Shown piece by piece: positions 22,998 to 35,015 of a stretch of 64,000 nt of DNA (position 1 is the first letter of the stretch; each line of letters starts with the position of its first letter). This DNA is from Fonticula alba ATCC 38817. Lineage: Eukaryota > Protista > Nucleariida. The translations under genes were made by a program, and so were the position numbers. Under the pieces are notes generated by a model. It saw only the letters and a list, made by a program, of their open reading frames with translations, was not told the origin of the DNA and did not search any database. The stretch is from assembly GCA_000388065.2 (NCBI GenBank), contig KB932203.1; one strand, written 5' to 3'.

Positions 22998-25900
22998 CTC
23001 CCCAGCCTCGTCCAGCCACGAGCCGCCTTGCTCCCCCGCCTGTGCTCGCTGCCCCCCGGCCCTGGCTTCCTCACCTTCGAGCCCTCGCCCCGGCCGCCCT
23101 CCTCCACACCATGCCCATGGTTGGCGAACGCCCCGATGCGCCGGCCATTGCCCCCGAGCCGTCCACCGGCCAGGCGGGCCTTCCCTCCGAGTGCCGGAAT
23201 TTGCCCTCTGGCCCTGATGTTGAGGCCATCAAGGATGCCTGGAGGAGGTGCGTCTTCCCTTTCTCCTCCCCCACGCCATCTGCCCTTTGTGTCAGCCTCG
23301 CCCCCCCGCTGGACGCCTCGTCCCTGACGCCCGGATCCTCCTAAATCACAGAGTCCAGGACGCCACCTCCGCCCGAGTGCTTCAAGTGGATCGCTTGCCA
23401 GACCGAGTGGCCAGGGTGCTGGCCGAGCCGGCGACTGCCGCGTCCAACATGTTCCTCCTAGGAGGCTTGGATGTCACATTCATGGCATCGGTTCCTTCGG
23501 TCAATCTCCCCCCCNNNNNNNNNNCCCCCCCCCGTGGAGCGGCACACCACCTCGAGTGAGAGTGCCAGATGGAAAAGCCAGTGCCGGTGAGGGCAGGGCG
23601 CCAGTCATGCGCACCTGAGATGTCCAGGAAATCCAGATCATGTCCCAGGAACGAGGTCCCGGCTCCGCGGCTGGCGATGGCACTCCGATCGACCAGCGGG
23701 AAATCCGGCCACGTGGCGGCCATCCAATCGAAAACCGGGAGCAGACGATCTGCGACGGCGCCTCGATGGGCAACCTCCTTGAGGGCCGCACACAGGAGCG
23801 ACCGCCGACTGGCCGGGGCCGCCAGAGTCGGATCGAGCAGGAGCTGCGCGGTGATGGCATTGAAGTTTTGGAAGGTCTTCTTTGCTTCGATGAGGGGTTG
23901 CGTATCCCGGCCAGCCTCCAGAGGGAGGAGCAGGCCCCGTGACAGGGCAAAGGGCTTCATCTGGTGCAGGGTCAAAAGCAGACCCATCTCCAGCTGCAAC
24001 TGCGGGAAGGGAGACAGGAGCCCGACCCCGTGTGCCGGCGCCTCCAGAGCCTGCAAAGCCACCTTCAGCGAGGTGGGGTCCACGTTGCAGTTGCGCAGGG
24101 ACAGAAACTTCAAGCCCGGCGGCTGGGCCATGGCATCCACCAGCCCGGACGCCAGGGACCCATGGTAGTCCTGCCTCAGGAGAAGCCCCAGCGCCAGGGC
24201 ATTGACCCCTTCCGGGTCTAAGGCCAGTCCACCGAGGTCCAGGGCAGCCAGCTCACTGACGCCGGACTGCCAGAACCCCGGCGGGAAGGGGGCCGTGTCG
24301 CGTTGCACCGAAAGCGCCACAAGCGCGCAGCACCGACGACACAGGGTCTTCGGCTCGGCCAGAGCCGCCAGGATGCCACCGGCCTTGCGACCCCTTCGGG
24401 CTCGATCGCCGGCCGACGCCGCGGCCATGGCCGCCATCTCCTTGGACCAATCGACCAAGGAGGCCACCAGCTCCGACTCGGCCAGCTGCAGGAGGAAGAT
24501 GTCACCGATGCGCGGGGCCGAGTTGAGCCCGGATGGCGGCACGGCAGCGGCGACCTCGGAAAAGGGCAGCCCCTCGACTCCCTGAAGGAGACGCACCTGC
24601 GGAGCGAAGAGGGCCGACAGGCACACTTGCGCCGCCACCGCCGACGGCAGGGGGATCTGGCCGATCTTCAAGCCCTGGAGTTTGCGCCCGATCGAGCGTG
24701 TCTGGCGGCCGATGCTGAACTGCCCATGCGGCCGGGGGAAGCCGCCGGCAATGGCCAGGCACAAAGACCGCAGGCCATTGACCGCGAGTAGGGGGTTTCC
24801 TGGCGTCGGGCACCGGGGGAAATACACCCATGGCCAGGGTGAGCGCGGGGAGCTTCAACTTTTCAAAGGACCCAAAAGTGCGAGACGCGAACACCCCCGA
24901 GCAGGGCCCCTGTCGAGGGGAGAGAGAGGGGGGGGGGCGGGGCTCTGACAGGGCATGTAGTTCTGCCTCACACATCGACAGACGCACCAATGAGGCCCAG
25001 GCGCCGGAGAAGGGTCACTTGCCCGAGGGGGATGTCCTGTGTGTTGTGCTGCTGCGAGAGCAGCAGTTCCGCGATGCGATCGCCCGCCTCGCCGGAAAGA
25101 CCGTTGGCTTCGCGCGAAGGGAGCACGCGCGAGCCCGGAGCAGGGCCGAGGGGCCGGGCGCGCAGCGGGCCGAGGCTCAGTCAGAGGGAGGTCACCGGGG
25201 ACCTGCTGCTCGGTATGGGGATCATCTCATCGTACCGGAAATGTCCAGGTCCAGCCAGGGCACAATCCAGCAGGCTGGCCGCAGCGGGGACAGCATGGCC
25301 GGCATGCGGCGCCGCAGCCGGTAGCCCGGGGCAATCTGCGCACTTGGGAAGCAGAAGTCGCATGCTGTCACATTCTGATGGAAGCTGGCCAAGTGGTCCA
25401 TAAAGTACTCGACCCCATCATCCTGAAAGAGTGTGACTGCGAGCGGGGCCCCTCGGTCGGGTGAGTGGCGTGCCATTGCAGAGAGAAGCCATGGTGTCGG
25501 GGTGGGGCGAGGTGGGGCGAGGTGGGGCGGGAGGGGGGGGGCGGGTCTGTATCCGCGTGTCTGCGATTGCGCACTTCGTAATCCCAGGAAAAGCCCGGGC
25601 ATGGCTGTGGAGAGATGTCGCCAAAATGCCGGCACTCGAGAGGCTGGCAACCCGGCGACGAGGGTCCTCAGCGCATCGCACTCGACCGGCTGCACCAGCT
25701 GCCCCAGGATGACGGCGCCGCGGTATTCCAGGGGATTGCCTGTTCCCGGGCAAGAGAGAGAGAGAGCGGCCGGTTAGCTGAAAGTGCCATGCCGGGCATG
25801 GGGGCCTGGTGCCGAGAGCTCGTACCACTCAGTTCCAGATGGCACAAACGGGGGCCGATGGCCCGCTCAATGCAAGCAGGCAGCCCGACCAGGATGTCCT

Positions 25901-27495
25901 GTCCGTCGCCGGCCAGCACCGTCAGGGCGCGGGCCACCCGCTGGAGGAACCCCCGGCGGCTGAGGACGATGTGTCGGACCATCACCGCAAGGCCGCGCTT
26001 GGTGATGACATTTTCTGACCGGGCCCCATTTCCGCGGCCAGGAGCGTGAGTGGCTTGACGGGTGAGTATGATTACGCGTGGTGACATCCGCCCGCCCCCC
26101 TTGGCGGCCGGCTTGCCGGGCGTGGCTGCCATCACGCACGGCTTAGGTCCAGTCGCTGCAGGCCACCATCCCACAGGCTGCCCTTCCGGCGAGAGGTCCG
26201 CCCTGTGTCGGCTGCCGAGCAGAGCAAGTATCTCCCGATGGCGGCAGCACCGCGGTTGCCGATGACATTGTCTGGGGAACCGGCCAAGGGGCGTCAGTAA
26301 ATGGCACGCCGGCGGAGGGCTGTCCCACGATGTGGGCCGGCACACGACGCACCTGACAAATTCAGCGTCAGCAAGTTCGGCGCAAGCTTCGCCAGGGCCC
26401 GGGATAGGAGGATGACATGCGTGCATGTGAGGGTCGACCCGTTGAGGGACAGGTGGGCAAGGATGCTATAGCGGCCGAGGCTGCCACATAGCCGCGGCGA
26501 GGCCACAATCCGGACCACATACGACAGGGAGACGTCCTCCTTGACTGGTGACCGGGGTGAGGGGGTGGCGGGGGGTCAGTGATCGNNNNNNNNNNNNNNN
26601 NNNNNNNNNNNNNNNNNNNNNNNNNNNNNNNNNGCCTCGGACGAAGACGCACCAAACAGGGAGACCGCCACCTTTTCCGGCAAGCAAGCCTGATCAAGGA
26701 TGTCGGCCAGTGAATGCCGAGCCCGGGAGGCGGCCATCGGCATCGGGGATTCCCCCGGGGCCGATGTCGCACTGTCCGGCCGGCTGGTCGGGGCAATGGC
26801 CGGGCCGTAGGCATTTCTGGCGCGCCCTTGCGAGCCCGAGGATCGCTCCGGATCATTGAGCGCCAGGTCGGAAAGGGAGCTGGAAAGGAAGGACTCCGTC
26901 GGACGGCCTTCGAGGATGCCCGAGCGCAGGGCCTCGGACGACTGGCTAGATACCAGATCCAGGGTTGCCAGCATCTGTGAGGATGTTGACAGCAGGGCAG
27001 ACTCCGAGGGCGAGATGTCACTGGAGCTGCTGCGGCCCGGTGGCGAGGGGGTGCGCTGCCGGAAACTGCCGCAGCCGCATGGGCTCGGGGAGTTGCCGGC
27101 GGCCGGGGCCCCACGTTGGGCCCCGCCAAAGCGTCCCGAAAGTAGGGTGGGATAAAAGTGGTCGCTCGAGGCCTCGGCCGAGGATGGAGGCTGGTCATTC
27201 AGCCACAAGCGCAGGGCGCGAAAATGTTGCTCAGCTCGAAGCTTCAGCCGCAGCGGCACTGTCGAGGGGTAGTGCGATTCGTAGGGCAATACCAGGAGAG
27301 GCTCCCGGTGCTGGGCGATGAGGAAGCACTCGTCGGCTGATGGAAGGGCAATGCAAGGATGCCATCAGTGTCAATGGCCCGGTCATGATGGCGCGGCGGG
27401 AATGGCAGGAAGGATGCAGATCTACCCTCAAGGAAAATGGGCTCGCCCTTGCGCAGCAGGCGCCCAGGCCACGCTCCATGCTGGTCATCTTCCAT
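22335..27495 (-). CDS. Large multi-exon hypothetical protein with RI-like leucine-rich repeats (boundaries uncertain)
   Basis: Long coding-like exons with LxLxxNxL-type units: LLTLNLSG, LDLDIS|ANGLSGEAGDRIAELL, LAALDLGGLALDPEGVNALA, LKFLSLRNCNV, LDFLDISG. Terminal exons at 22335-22800. A possible upstream exon starts at 27890. Confidence 0.5.
23111..23490 (+). CDS. ENDOV: Endonuclease V exons 1-2 (displaced)
   Basis: Exons 23111-23247 and 23352-23490 give M..IKDAWRRVQDATSARVLQVD..MFLLGGLDVTFMAS, matching the ENDOV N-terminus (W..Q..GGxDVSF with the catalytic Asp). They splice in phase 0 to AAHSIVCAS at 19391. Confidence 0.85.
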
Positions 27496-28436
27496 CCTGT
27501 GAGGCGAGCCGGGGCCGAATCGGGCGATGGAGGATGGGCGGGGCGCGGGGCGTGGCGGACCGGGGGAGCTGCAAGGCCATCAAGCAGGAGGATGGGCGAG
27601 GGCTCAACAAGGGCCTCTCCGTCTCGCGGAGGGGGAATCCGGCGAGCGGGGGGGGGGAACGGGGGTTAGGCGATCCGGCTAATGCCTTCCCTCTCGGGTC
27701 AAGGTGTGCAGCAGAGAAGCAGGGCGGTGGGTGTGTGTCTGATGGAAGAGGGCGGGGGGGGGGGGGGTGTTTGTTCGTGCTCGGTGCGCGCCGCACCCGG
27801 TATGGTGGCCGCACAAAAACCCACAACTCTCCAACTGGCTCAGTTAATGGCCCACTCCCACATCATCGGCCACGTGATGTGCATGGTCATCCGGAGATTA
27901 TCCCGTCTATGCCAGGGCTGGGCCAATGCGGCGGCGCCTGGCGACAGAGGATGGCGGGGGGGGGGTGGGGACGATTCTCCCTGCCAAGCGTGTGTATGTT
28001 GTTTTTTTCCCTCCGTCTTCCTTGTGCCGGCTCTCCGCCCCCTCTCGAAAGGGTGCATCCATGCACGCACCGCCGGCCTCCTCTCCCTGCGGCCTTCCCC
28101 TGGCTCGGTTGCGCCGATGCTCGATGCCTCGACGGCTCTTCTGGGAAGTTAGGACGTGTATTAGGTATTTGAAAGGCGACCATGCTGGGCAGGAAGAGGA
28201 GCAGAGACACGGCCAGCGGGCGCTGAGAGGAGGCCGCGGCAATATGTGCGTGTTTGTGTTTGTGTGTGTGTGTGTCTGCGTGCGTGCGTGCGTGCACGTA
28301 TATGATGGAGAGAGGGGAGAGATCGCTGCGCACACACAAACACACACACGTGTGTGTTTGTGCGTGTGTACGATGCGCCTCAGCGACTCCATCGCCCGCC
28401 CAGCCTGGAGGGGGATGCGGCGCGGCTGGCCATGAC

Positions 28437-29116
28437 TTACTGAGAGGAGGAGATCTTGGGAGCCTCGCCGGTGCGCTGGCCATCGAAGAACTGGGTCAGG
28501 AAACCACCGCGGGCAGGGTCGATGACCACCTCCGAGGGGCGCTCGAAGAAGCGCATGATGTTGGTCTTCTGGTTCCAGATGTTCATGGTCTAATCCGTGG
28601 GGAGAGTGGGTGAGAGCGTGGGGCGGGCACACCCCGCCTCTGAGTCAGATCTCACCTTCAGGCAGCAGAGCAACAGACAGCATTGAGCACAAGGAGGGCG
28701 CATGGGAGGGAGCGAAGCACGAACCTCCTCAAGGTGGAGCTGACCCTTGTAAACGAGCAGAGCGCGGGCCGGGACGTCAGTGACGTAGTTGACACGGTCG
28801 AACTCCTCGCGGATCTTGGCGCGCATGTAGGGAAGGGGCATGTCCAGCTCGTAGATCTTGGCGATGAGAGGGAGCTGCATGTACAGCAGGGAGGAGGGGA
28901 GGGGAAGGGAGGGGGCGAGTGTCAGCACCGCTATTGTGGTGGGAAAAGGGGGTTGGGGAAGGGGCCTTGGTGAAAGCCGCGAGAAGAAGCCGCTTGTGGC
29001 AGCGGGGCCCGTACGTTGCGGTTCCAGTTGCGGTACAGAGTGCGGGCGGCCGCGGACACCTCGGCGGCGGTGGCGGTGCCGGGGTTGATCATGACCTGGA
29101 CAAAGCGGTTGGACAT
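28437..29116 (-). CDS. NDUFA6: NADH dehydrogenase accessory subunit NDUFA6/B14 (LYR protein)
   Basis: ARTLYRNWNRN|LPLIAKIYELDMP..RAKIREEF..LLVYKGQLHLEE|TMNIWNQKTNIMRFF..FLTQFFDG. Confidence 0.87.
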
Positions 29117-29509
29117 GGTTGTAATAGCGATGGGGCGAGAGCGTTCCGACCAAAACCTGATGGCAGCGCGGCGGGTCAGTGGAAGTGACAGGGGCTGGAG
29201 GAGGAGGAGGAAGAGGAATTATGGNNNNNNNNNNNNNNNNNNNNNNNNNNNNNNNNNNNNNNNNNNNNNNNNNNNNNNNNNNNNNNNNNNNNNNNNNNNN
29301 NNNNNNNNNNNNNNNNNNNNNNNNNNNNNNNNNNNNNNNNNNNNNNNNNNNNNNNNNNNNNNNNNNNNNNNNNNNNNNNNNNNNNNNNNNNNNNNNNNNN
29401 NNNNNNNNNNNNNNNNNNNNNNNNNNNNNNNNNNNNNNNNNNNNNNNNNNNNNNNNNNNNNNNNNNNNNNNNNNNNNNNNNNNNNNNNNNNNNNGGGGGA
29501 GGGGATAGG

Positions 29510-29685
29510 GAGGGCAAGGAGGGCAAGGAGGGCAAGGGGGACAAGGAGGGCAAGGAGGGCAAGGAGGGCAAGGAGGGCAAGGACGGCAAGGAGGGCAAGG
29601 AGGGCAAGGAGGGCAAGGACGGCAAGGAGGGGAGGACGGCAAGGAGGGGAGGACGGCAAGGAGGGGAGGACGGCAAGGAGGGCAG
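29510..29685 (+). repeat. Purine-rich minisatellite (GGAGGGCAA)n grading into ~17-nt variant units
   Basis: About 14 copies of the 9-mer read directly, next to an N gap. Confidence 0.9.
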
Positions 29686-30456
29686 AGGCATACGTGGAGG
29701 AGTCAGAAGGAGGGGGTGCCCTCAGCAAGGGCCTCCTGCGTCCATGGTGAGATCACTTCAATCGGCTCAGAGCGCGAAACAAACCAACGCCCGGGAGGCC
29801 TGTCTGCCTGCGCCGGGTGGCTCTCGTGCCAGGCGTCAGCCGGATGGGATGATGGCCTCCTTGGCCGGGAGGACAAAGCCGGCGGCAGCCCGGCGAGTCG
29901 GAGGACGAGGCTGCCATACTGACATTCCGTTCTTCGCTATCGACACTTCCCAGGCTGTAGCACCAGAATCTGGGGCACCAGCTCCCGCCCGGGATTCAGT
30001 ATGTGACAGATCCAATCCCGGTGCCCTTCACTGGGCACGGCGGCCTCGATCGTTGGCAGGCGCCGGGCGCGGCGCATCTTTTGTTATTGGTGCTGACTCT
30101 GTCCTGGCCCTCTCCCCCCGCCCCGCCCCGCCCCCCCCCCCCCCCCCCCGCCCCCCCCGGCCTCCTGCCTAAGGCCGCCGTCTGGCGCAAAGGCCGCCTC
30201 TCGAGGCTCCCCATGATGTGTGCGGTCAGGGCAGCCCGGCCACCTCTCGAGAGACACCACGCCAGATGTGGCGCTCGCCCGGGGAAGCGCGACCCACAGC
30301 CCCCTCCCTGGTCCTCCCTCTGCGACGCCCCGCCCTCTTGCTGCTCCATCCTGCGCCCTCCTCCCCCCATCGCCCCGCAGCTCTCTCTCTCTCTCCCCCC
30401 CTGCCGCCTGTCCGGAGCCACGAGCGGCCGTGCACTCTGCCCGGCCTGTGACCGCC

Positions 30457-33400
30457 ATGAAGCTCTTCTTCATCACCACGCTCAACGGGTCATCGATCTA
30501 CACCCCGCCCTTGGTGCCACCGAGTCTGCATGAGAGCCACGTCAAGACCCTCCGCTGGCGGCACCTCCGAAGCACAGCCCTGCGGACGATCTCCTCCCTG
30601 CAGAAGGTCCGCGTGGAGCCTTCGGCCCAGGGGCTCCGCTGGCCGGTGGAATTCACCAATTACCTGTGCTCGCCTCTGAGCGGGACACAACAGTTTTCCT
30701 TCGTGCGCAATTGCCCGGCCCCCTTTGCGCGTGCTTTGGGCCCCACGCACATGGCCGTGAGATCCACCTTCCGCGTGCTGACCGTCGACTTGTCGCCTCC
30801 TTCTCTGTACCCCCCTCCCCCCCCCCCCCTCCCCTGCCTGCCCTCTTGGCCTGGCATTAGGCCACATTCAATCAGCGCATCACCTCCTTCAAATTGACAT
30901 GTGGCTCGACCATGTGTGTGCTTTTCTACGAGGTGGGCCGGGACTGTACGCTCCCCCTGTCGAAGGCCGCACGCACGCCGCCCAGCCAGCCGGATGATGA
31001 CAACCCGGGCGACATGCCCTACCAATTCCCCTCGCTGGTGGCGTACGCCATCACCGACTCCAGCGAGCCGCTGGACACCCTGCGCTTCCAGCTACGCATC
31101 CTGTGCGATGCGCTGGTCATGCGCTTCGGTCCGCTCGAAACGGTGCGCGACCCCCCCCCCCCACACACACACCGCCACCACCACCACCACCACCACCACG
31201 CGCCTATGGTGCTGGCGTGCATGATGGCCGACGCGCTCCGATTGCCCCGCCCGACTGACCCCCAAGCGCCCTCAGTTCATTCCCGAGAACTACATCATCA
31301 ACGTGCACTTCCAACAGTATCTCAACCCGCTGGTTGATGCCCTTCTGTCGCTCTCGTCCAGCTACGATGTAGGCCTCCTGCTGGGGTCGGTCAACCGTCT
31401 GAAGCTGAGTGATCCCATCGACCAGCAGTGGTACGCCCCTGCCTCCTCCCTCACTCGGATCGCTCTCCGATGCTTTGCCGCGCCAAATGCTCCCCCGCCC
31501 CACGCTAACTGCATTTGACGGTGTTGCCCCTGCCCAGCCATCAGGCGTTGGAGGCCGCGGCGCAGGCGGCGTCCAAGCCGTCGGATGCCTTTGCCGGGCT
31601 GGTCCGGCCGCCGCGGGTCATGCACCTGCTGCTGTTCATCGGCAACAAGCTGGCCGGGCACTATGCGGCACCAGGGGCGCCGACGCTCGGCGGGGCGCCC
31701 GGGTCATCTGGCACCGGGTCCGGCACCGGAGGCCCGGGCTCCGGGGCCGGTGGGTCTGGAGCCGGCAACAACCCCGCCCTCAACAGCCGTCTGTCCAAGT
31801 CCGAGCGGGCCAAGCTGCTGCAGCTTCTGCAGCACGAGGCCGAGACGCCGGCCTTCCACCTGTCGCCATCGGACCTGCTGCAACTGACGCTGCGTTTGCA
31901 GGCCCGCCGTGCGGCCGCCCGCGCCGAGTGGCGGACCCGCAAGTCCGAGTGGCGGTCCAGCCTGCAAGCCTTCGAGGCGGAGCTGCGTGCCTTGGCCGCG
32001 GCCGAACCGCCGGCCAGCGTGGCCGAGGACCTCTCTCAGTCGAGTTCGCCCGTGCAGCCGGATGCCGTGTCGCCGGGAGCCGAGGCCGAGGCCGAGGCCG
32101 AGGCTGGGGAGTCCTCGGCGCGGGTCGCTCCCGAGGATGATGCGTCGACACCCGGTGGTGATGGTGACCTGGATGATGCGCCGGCGGGGGATGGCGACTT
32201 GGCGCCTCTTCCGGTGGACCCGGTTCCCCCGGCGGAGCCGGTTCATCCCTACACGGAGCTGATCGAGTGCACGACGCCGGCCGCCCGGGCCGAGCTGGTC
32301 CAGCAGTACTGGAGCCCGGATGTGTCGGAGAGCCTTTTCCTGCGGACGTCGGCCCCCTTCGGGGAGATTGCGCCCGGCGGTGCCCCCGGCGGCCGGCGGC
32401 CCTTCCGTGTGCATAGCGGTCTGCTGCGGTCTTCGCAGTATCAGGTCCAGGGGCCCGATGGGCCGGCCATCACATACATCGCCGTGACCGAGGTGCCCAT
32501 CCGGAGCCGGTCTTCGCAGCACAGCCTCGCCCCGGCGGCCCCGCTCTCGGCCGAGGAGCTGGACAAGGTGGACGCCGTGGTCACCCGGCGCGTGCATAAC
32601 AGCCTCCTGGAGTCGCTGGCCCCGATCTTGGATATCCTTTTTGTCCTGAGCCTGGCACACATGCGCGTCAAGTCCTTCGTGGCCCTGTGCCCGGGGCTGG
32701 TGCACTTTGCCCTGGTTGATCGGAGCAGCGGGTGGATGGTGGTCCCGCGGGTGGAGCAGCTGACCTCCTACGACGGGGGCCCGGGCGAGGGGTCGAGCAA
32801 CCACTCGGCCGCGGTGCCCTCCTCCGGGGGGGACGGCGATGCCGGTGCCGGTGCCGACGGCCGGCCGGCCAGCCCGCCGGACGGGGACGACTACTTCGAC
32901 CTGGACTCGCCGCAATTCGGCGATGGGGCGGCTGTCCGCTCGACGCTGGACCTGCTGCGGCAGCATTGCGACCGGCGGCGCATCTCCCGGCGTCTGGCGG
33001 ACTCGATCTACCACGCGCGCGCGCGCATCGCCGAGGGCTATACATCGGGCATCGCGCGCGTCGGGCCGTACCAGTACTTTCACAATGTGTGGTTCGAGGC
33101 GCCGCAGCCCAACGGCACGTCGGAGATGTGCGTCTCTTTCCCCGCCCCATGTGCTCCCTCCTCCCCCTCGGGGGAGGGGAGGGGGCTCCGCTGTGCATGT
33201 GCACTCACACGAATGGCTCCCTCTGCTCCCTGTCGCGGCTTCTCCCCCCCCCCCCCCCCCCCCCCCTTTCTGCTTCCACAGCCTGCCCATCGAGCAGGCC
33301 CTCCCCCAGCCTAGCCGTCTGAATGACCACTTTGATTACTTCCGGTGCGGGGCCCCCTTCGCTATGCTCCCTCCTCTTTTGGATGCACCCTGCTCACCTG

Positions 33401-33809
33401 CCGTTTTTTCCCCCGCGTGCACGTGTGTGCGTGTGGCCATGTGTATTCGCGCGCGGCCAGCTCCTTCGTGCCGCCGATCATCTTCCCGGAGCTACATTCG
33501 GCGGCGGCGACGACGCCGGTGTCAGCCGAGTCCTCCTCCTCCAGTGGGTCCTTGTCGGATTCCCTGTCCAACCTGTCCTTGAGCAAGCCGCGGTCGCTCT
33601 TCTCCTTCGCCTCCTCGGCGCCAGCCAGCCAGCGCGCCGACAACGGGCTCCCCCTGATCCAGGGCCGGACCGGGTGTGTGACGCCGGTCAAGTGCTTGGA
33701 GATCTACACCGTCTTTGTGGGGACCCTGCCAGAGCATGAGGTCATCTCGCAGACGCGTCGACTGGTCAAGCGCCTGCGCGAAACGGAGAGTGACAAGATC
33801 TTCATCTGA
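30457..33809 (+). CDS. HPS1: HPS1-like BLOC-3 subunit (tri-longin Rab GEF family)
   Basis: MKLFFITT; AITDSSEPLDTLRFQLRILCDALVMRFG (cf. HPS1 GDHTESEGDLRRKLYVL..HFG); HLLLFIGNKLAGHY..LSPSDLLQL (cf. HAFLLVHSKLLAFY..LRPADLLAL); PGLVHFALVDR; C-terminal CLEIYTVF..LPEHEVISQTRRLVKRL (cf. CYELLALHL..IP..QAGQLARRL). Comparisons are from recall. Confidence 0.75.
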
Positions 33810-34503
33810 CCACGATGCGCGGCCACTGGGCGCCTCCCCACTTTGTCCTCTTTCGCACAGTGCCCCATTCTCCTGGATGGCGAGGGGGCAGGGGGAGGTC
33901 GAAAGAATACACGCGTATTGCCAAGCGCAGTGGGCAGCCACTCCTTGTTTTGTTCACACACATCGCGCGTGGAGAGGGGGGGGGGGGGGAGGTTGGGGCG
34001 GCGAAGGGTCGCGTCCCCCCCCCCCCACATGAAGGTGGACACCGAGAAACCGAGAACCAGTTGTTTTTTTTCCCTTGGCACAATCGATGTGTCCCGCGCG
34101 CGTGTTGAGAAGAAGGCCCGCCACCACACGACACACACTCCCCCTTCCCCTGGTGCCAGGAGAGGAATCGCCTCTGATGGGCGGCACGCGAAGTTGCCCA
34201 GCCCCCCCACTGCCCGAGGCCGCCCACCCCCACACGCACGCATTCCACAGCAATATACCGCAAAAACAAATCAAGAGAGGGGAATGGGAAAGGCGAAAGG
34301 GGGTCATCTATTGAGGGAGGAGGAAAAGGTGTCCGCCGCGGGTGTCTTCGCTCCAGGAGGAGACCTAAAAAAGGCCACATAGGTATGTGTTGCTCCATTT
34401 CCCATGCTGCGAGGCGACAGGGGCCTAAAAAGGAGGAGGGGAGGAAATGTCAGAAGAGGAAGGCAGAAAGGAGAGAGAGGGGGAGAAGCGCCGAGAAGGA
34501 GGA

Positions 34504-34582
34504 GAGGTGCTTCAGTTACCGTCATAGCTAAAAGCTATTATCATAGATAATCAGCGACGATTGTGTCATCAAAAGACACCTC
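34504..34582 (-). ncRNA. Box C/D snoRNA, snR79-like (predicted 18S 2'-O-methylation guide)
   Basis: Terminal stem GAGGUG/CACCUC; C box UGAUGA 34571-34566; D' CUGA 34554-34551; C'-like UGAUAA 34543-34538; D box CUGA 34515-34512. Guide CUAUGACGGUA pairs over 11 bp (one G-U) with conserved 18S UACCGUCGUAG, and the D-5 position falls on the second C. Confidence 0.85.
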
Positions 34583-35015
34583 ACTCTCTTGTTGGCACTT
34601 GCCCCGAGGCTGGAGGGGGGGAGACAAGGAGAGACGCACCCAGAGGAGAAGGGGGAGGAGACACGCATGGGTGCGCGTGTGCACGGGACACAATGGCCGG
34701 CCACACGGTGGCATGCACGCCGGCCCACCGGGCAGCATGTGCGACGGGGGGGGGGAGGCGCAGCATCCACAAGGTATCCACACAGGGGCGCGTGGTCACC
34801 GGGTGAAATGAAAAAGAGTACGCCGAAGCCTCGGGTGGTGGGCGGACAGGCCGCCCCTGGTCCCTCTCATGCGGGGGAGCATGGGGGGAGGGGCGCGCGC
34901 GCACACACTCACGGGCAGCAGCGTCTTCAAGGGGCGGAGAGAGAGAGAAGCAGGGGTGGACATGTCAGAATGGGCAAGGGAGGGGGAAAGGGAGAAGGGA
35001 GGGAGGAGGAGCATT

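Noticed and set aside
25222-25234. Apparent in-frame TGA after LDLDISGTMR (selenocysteine or readthrough?)
   Set aside because: It falls inside a GTACGA-initiated intron; splicing continues the LRR as LDLDIS|ANGL.
34610-34912. Possible H/ACA snoRNA in host intron 2
   Set aside because: GC-rich hairpins and an ACA are present, but there is no ANANNA box or pseudouridylation pocket.
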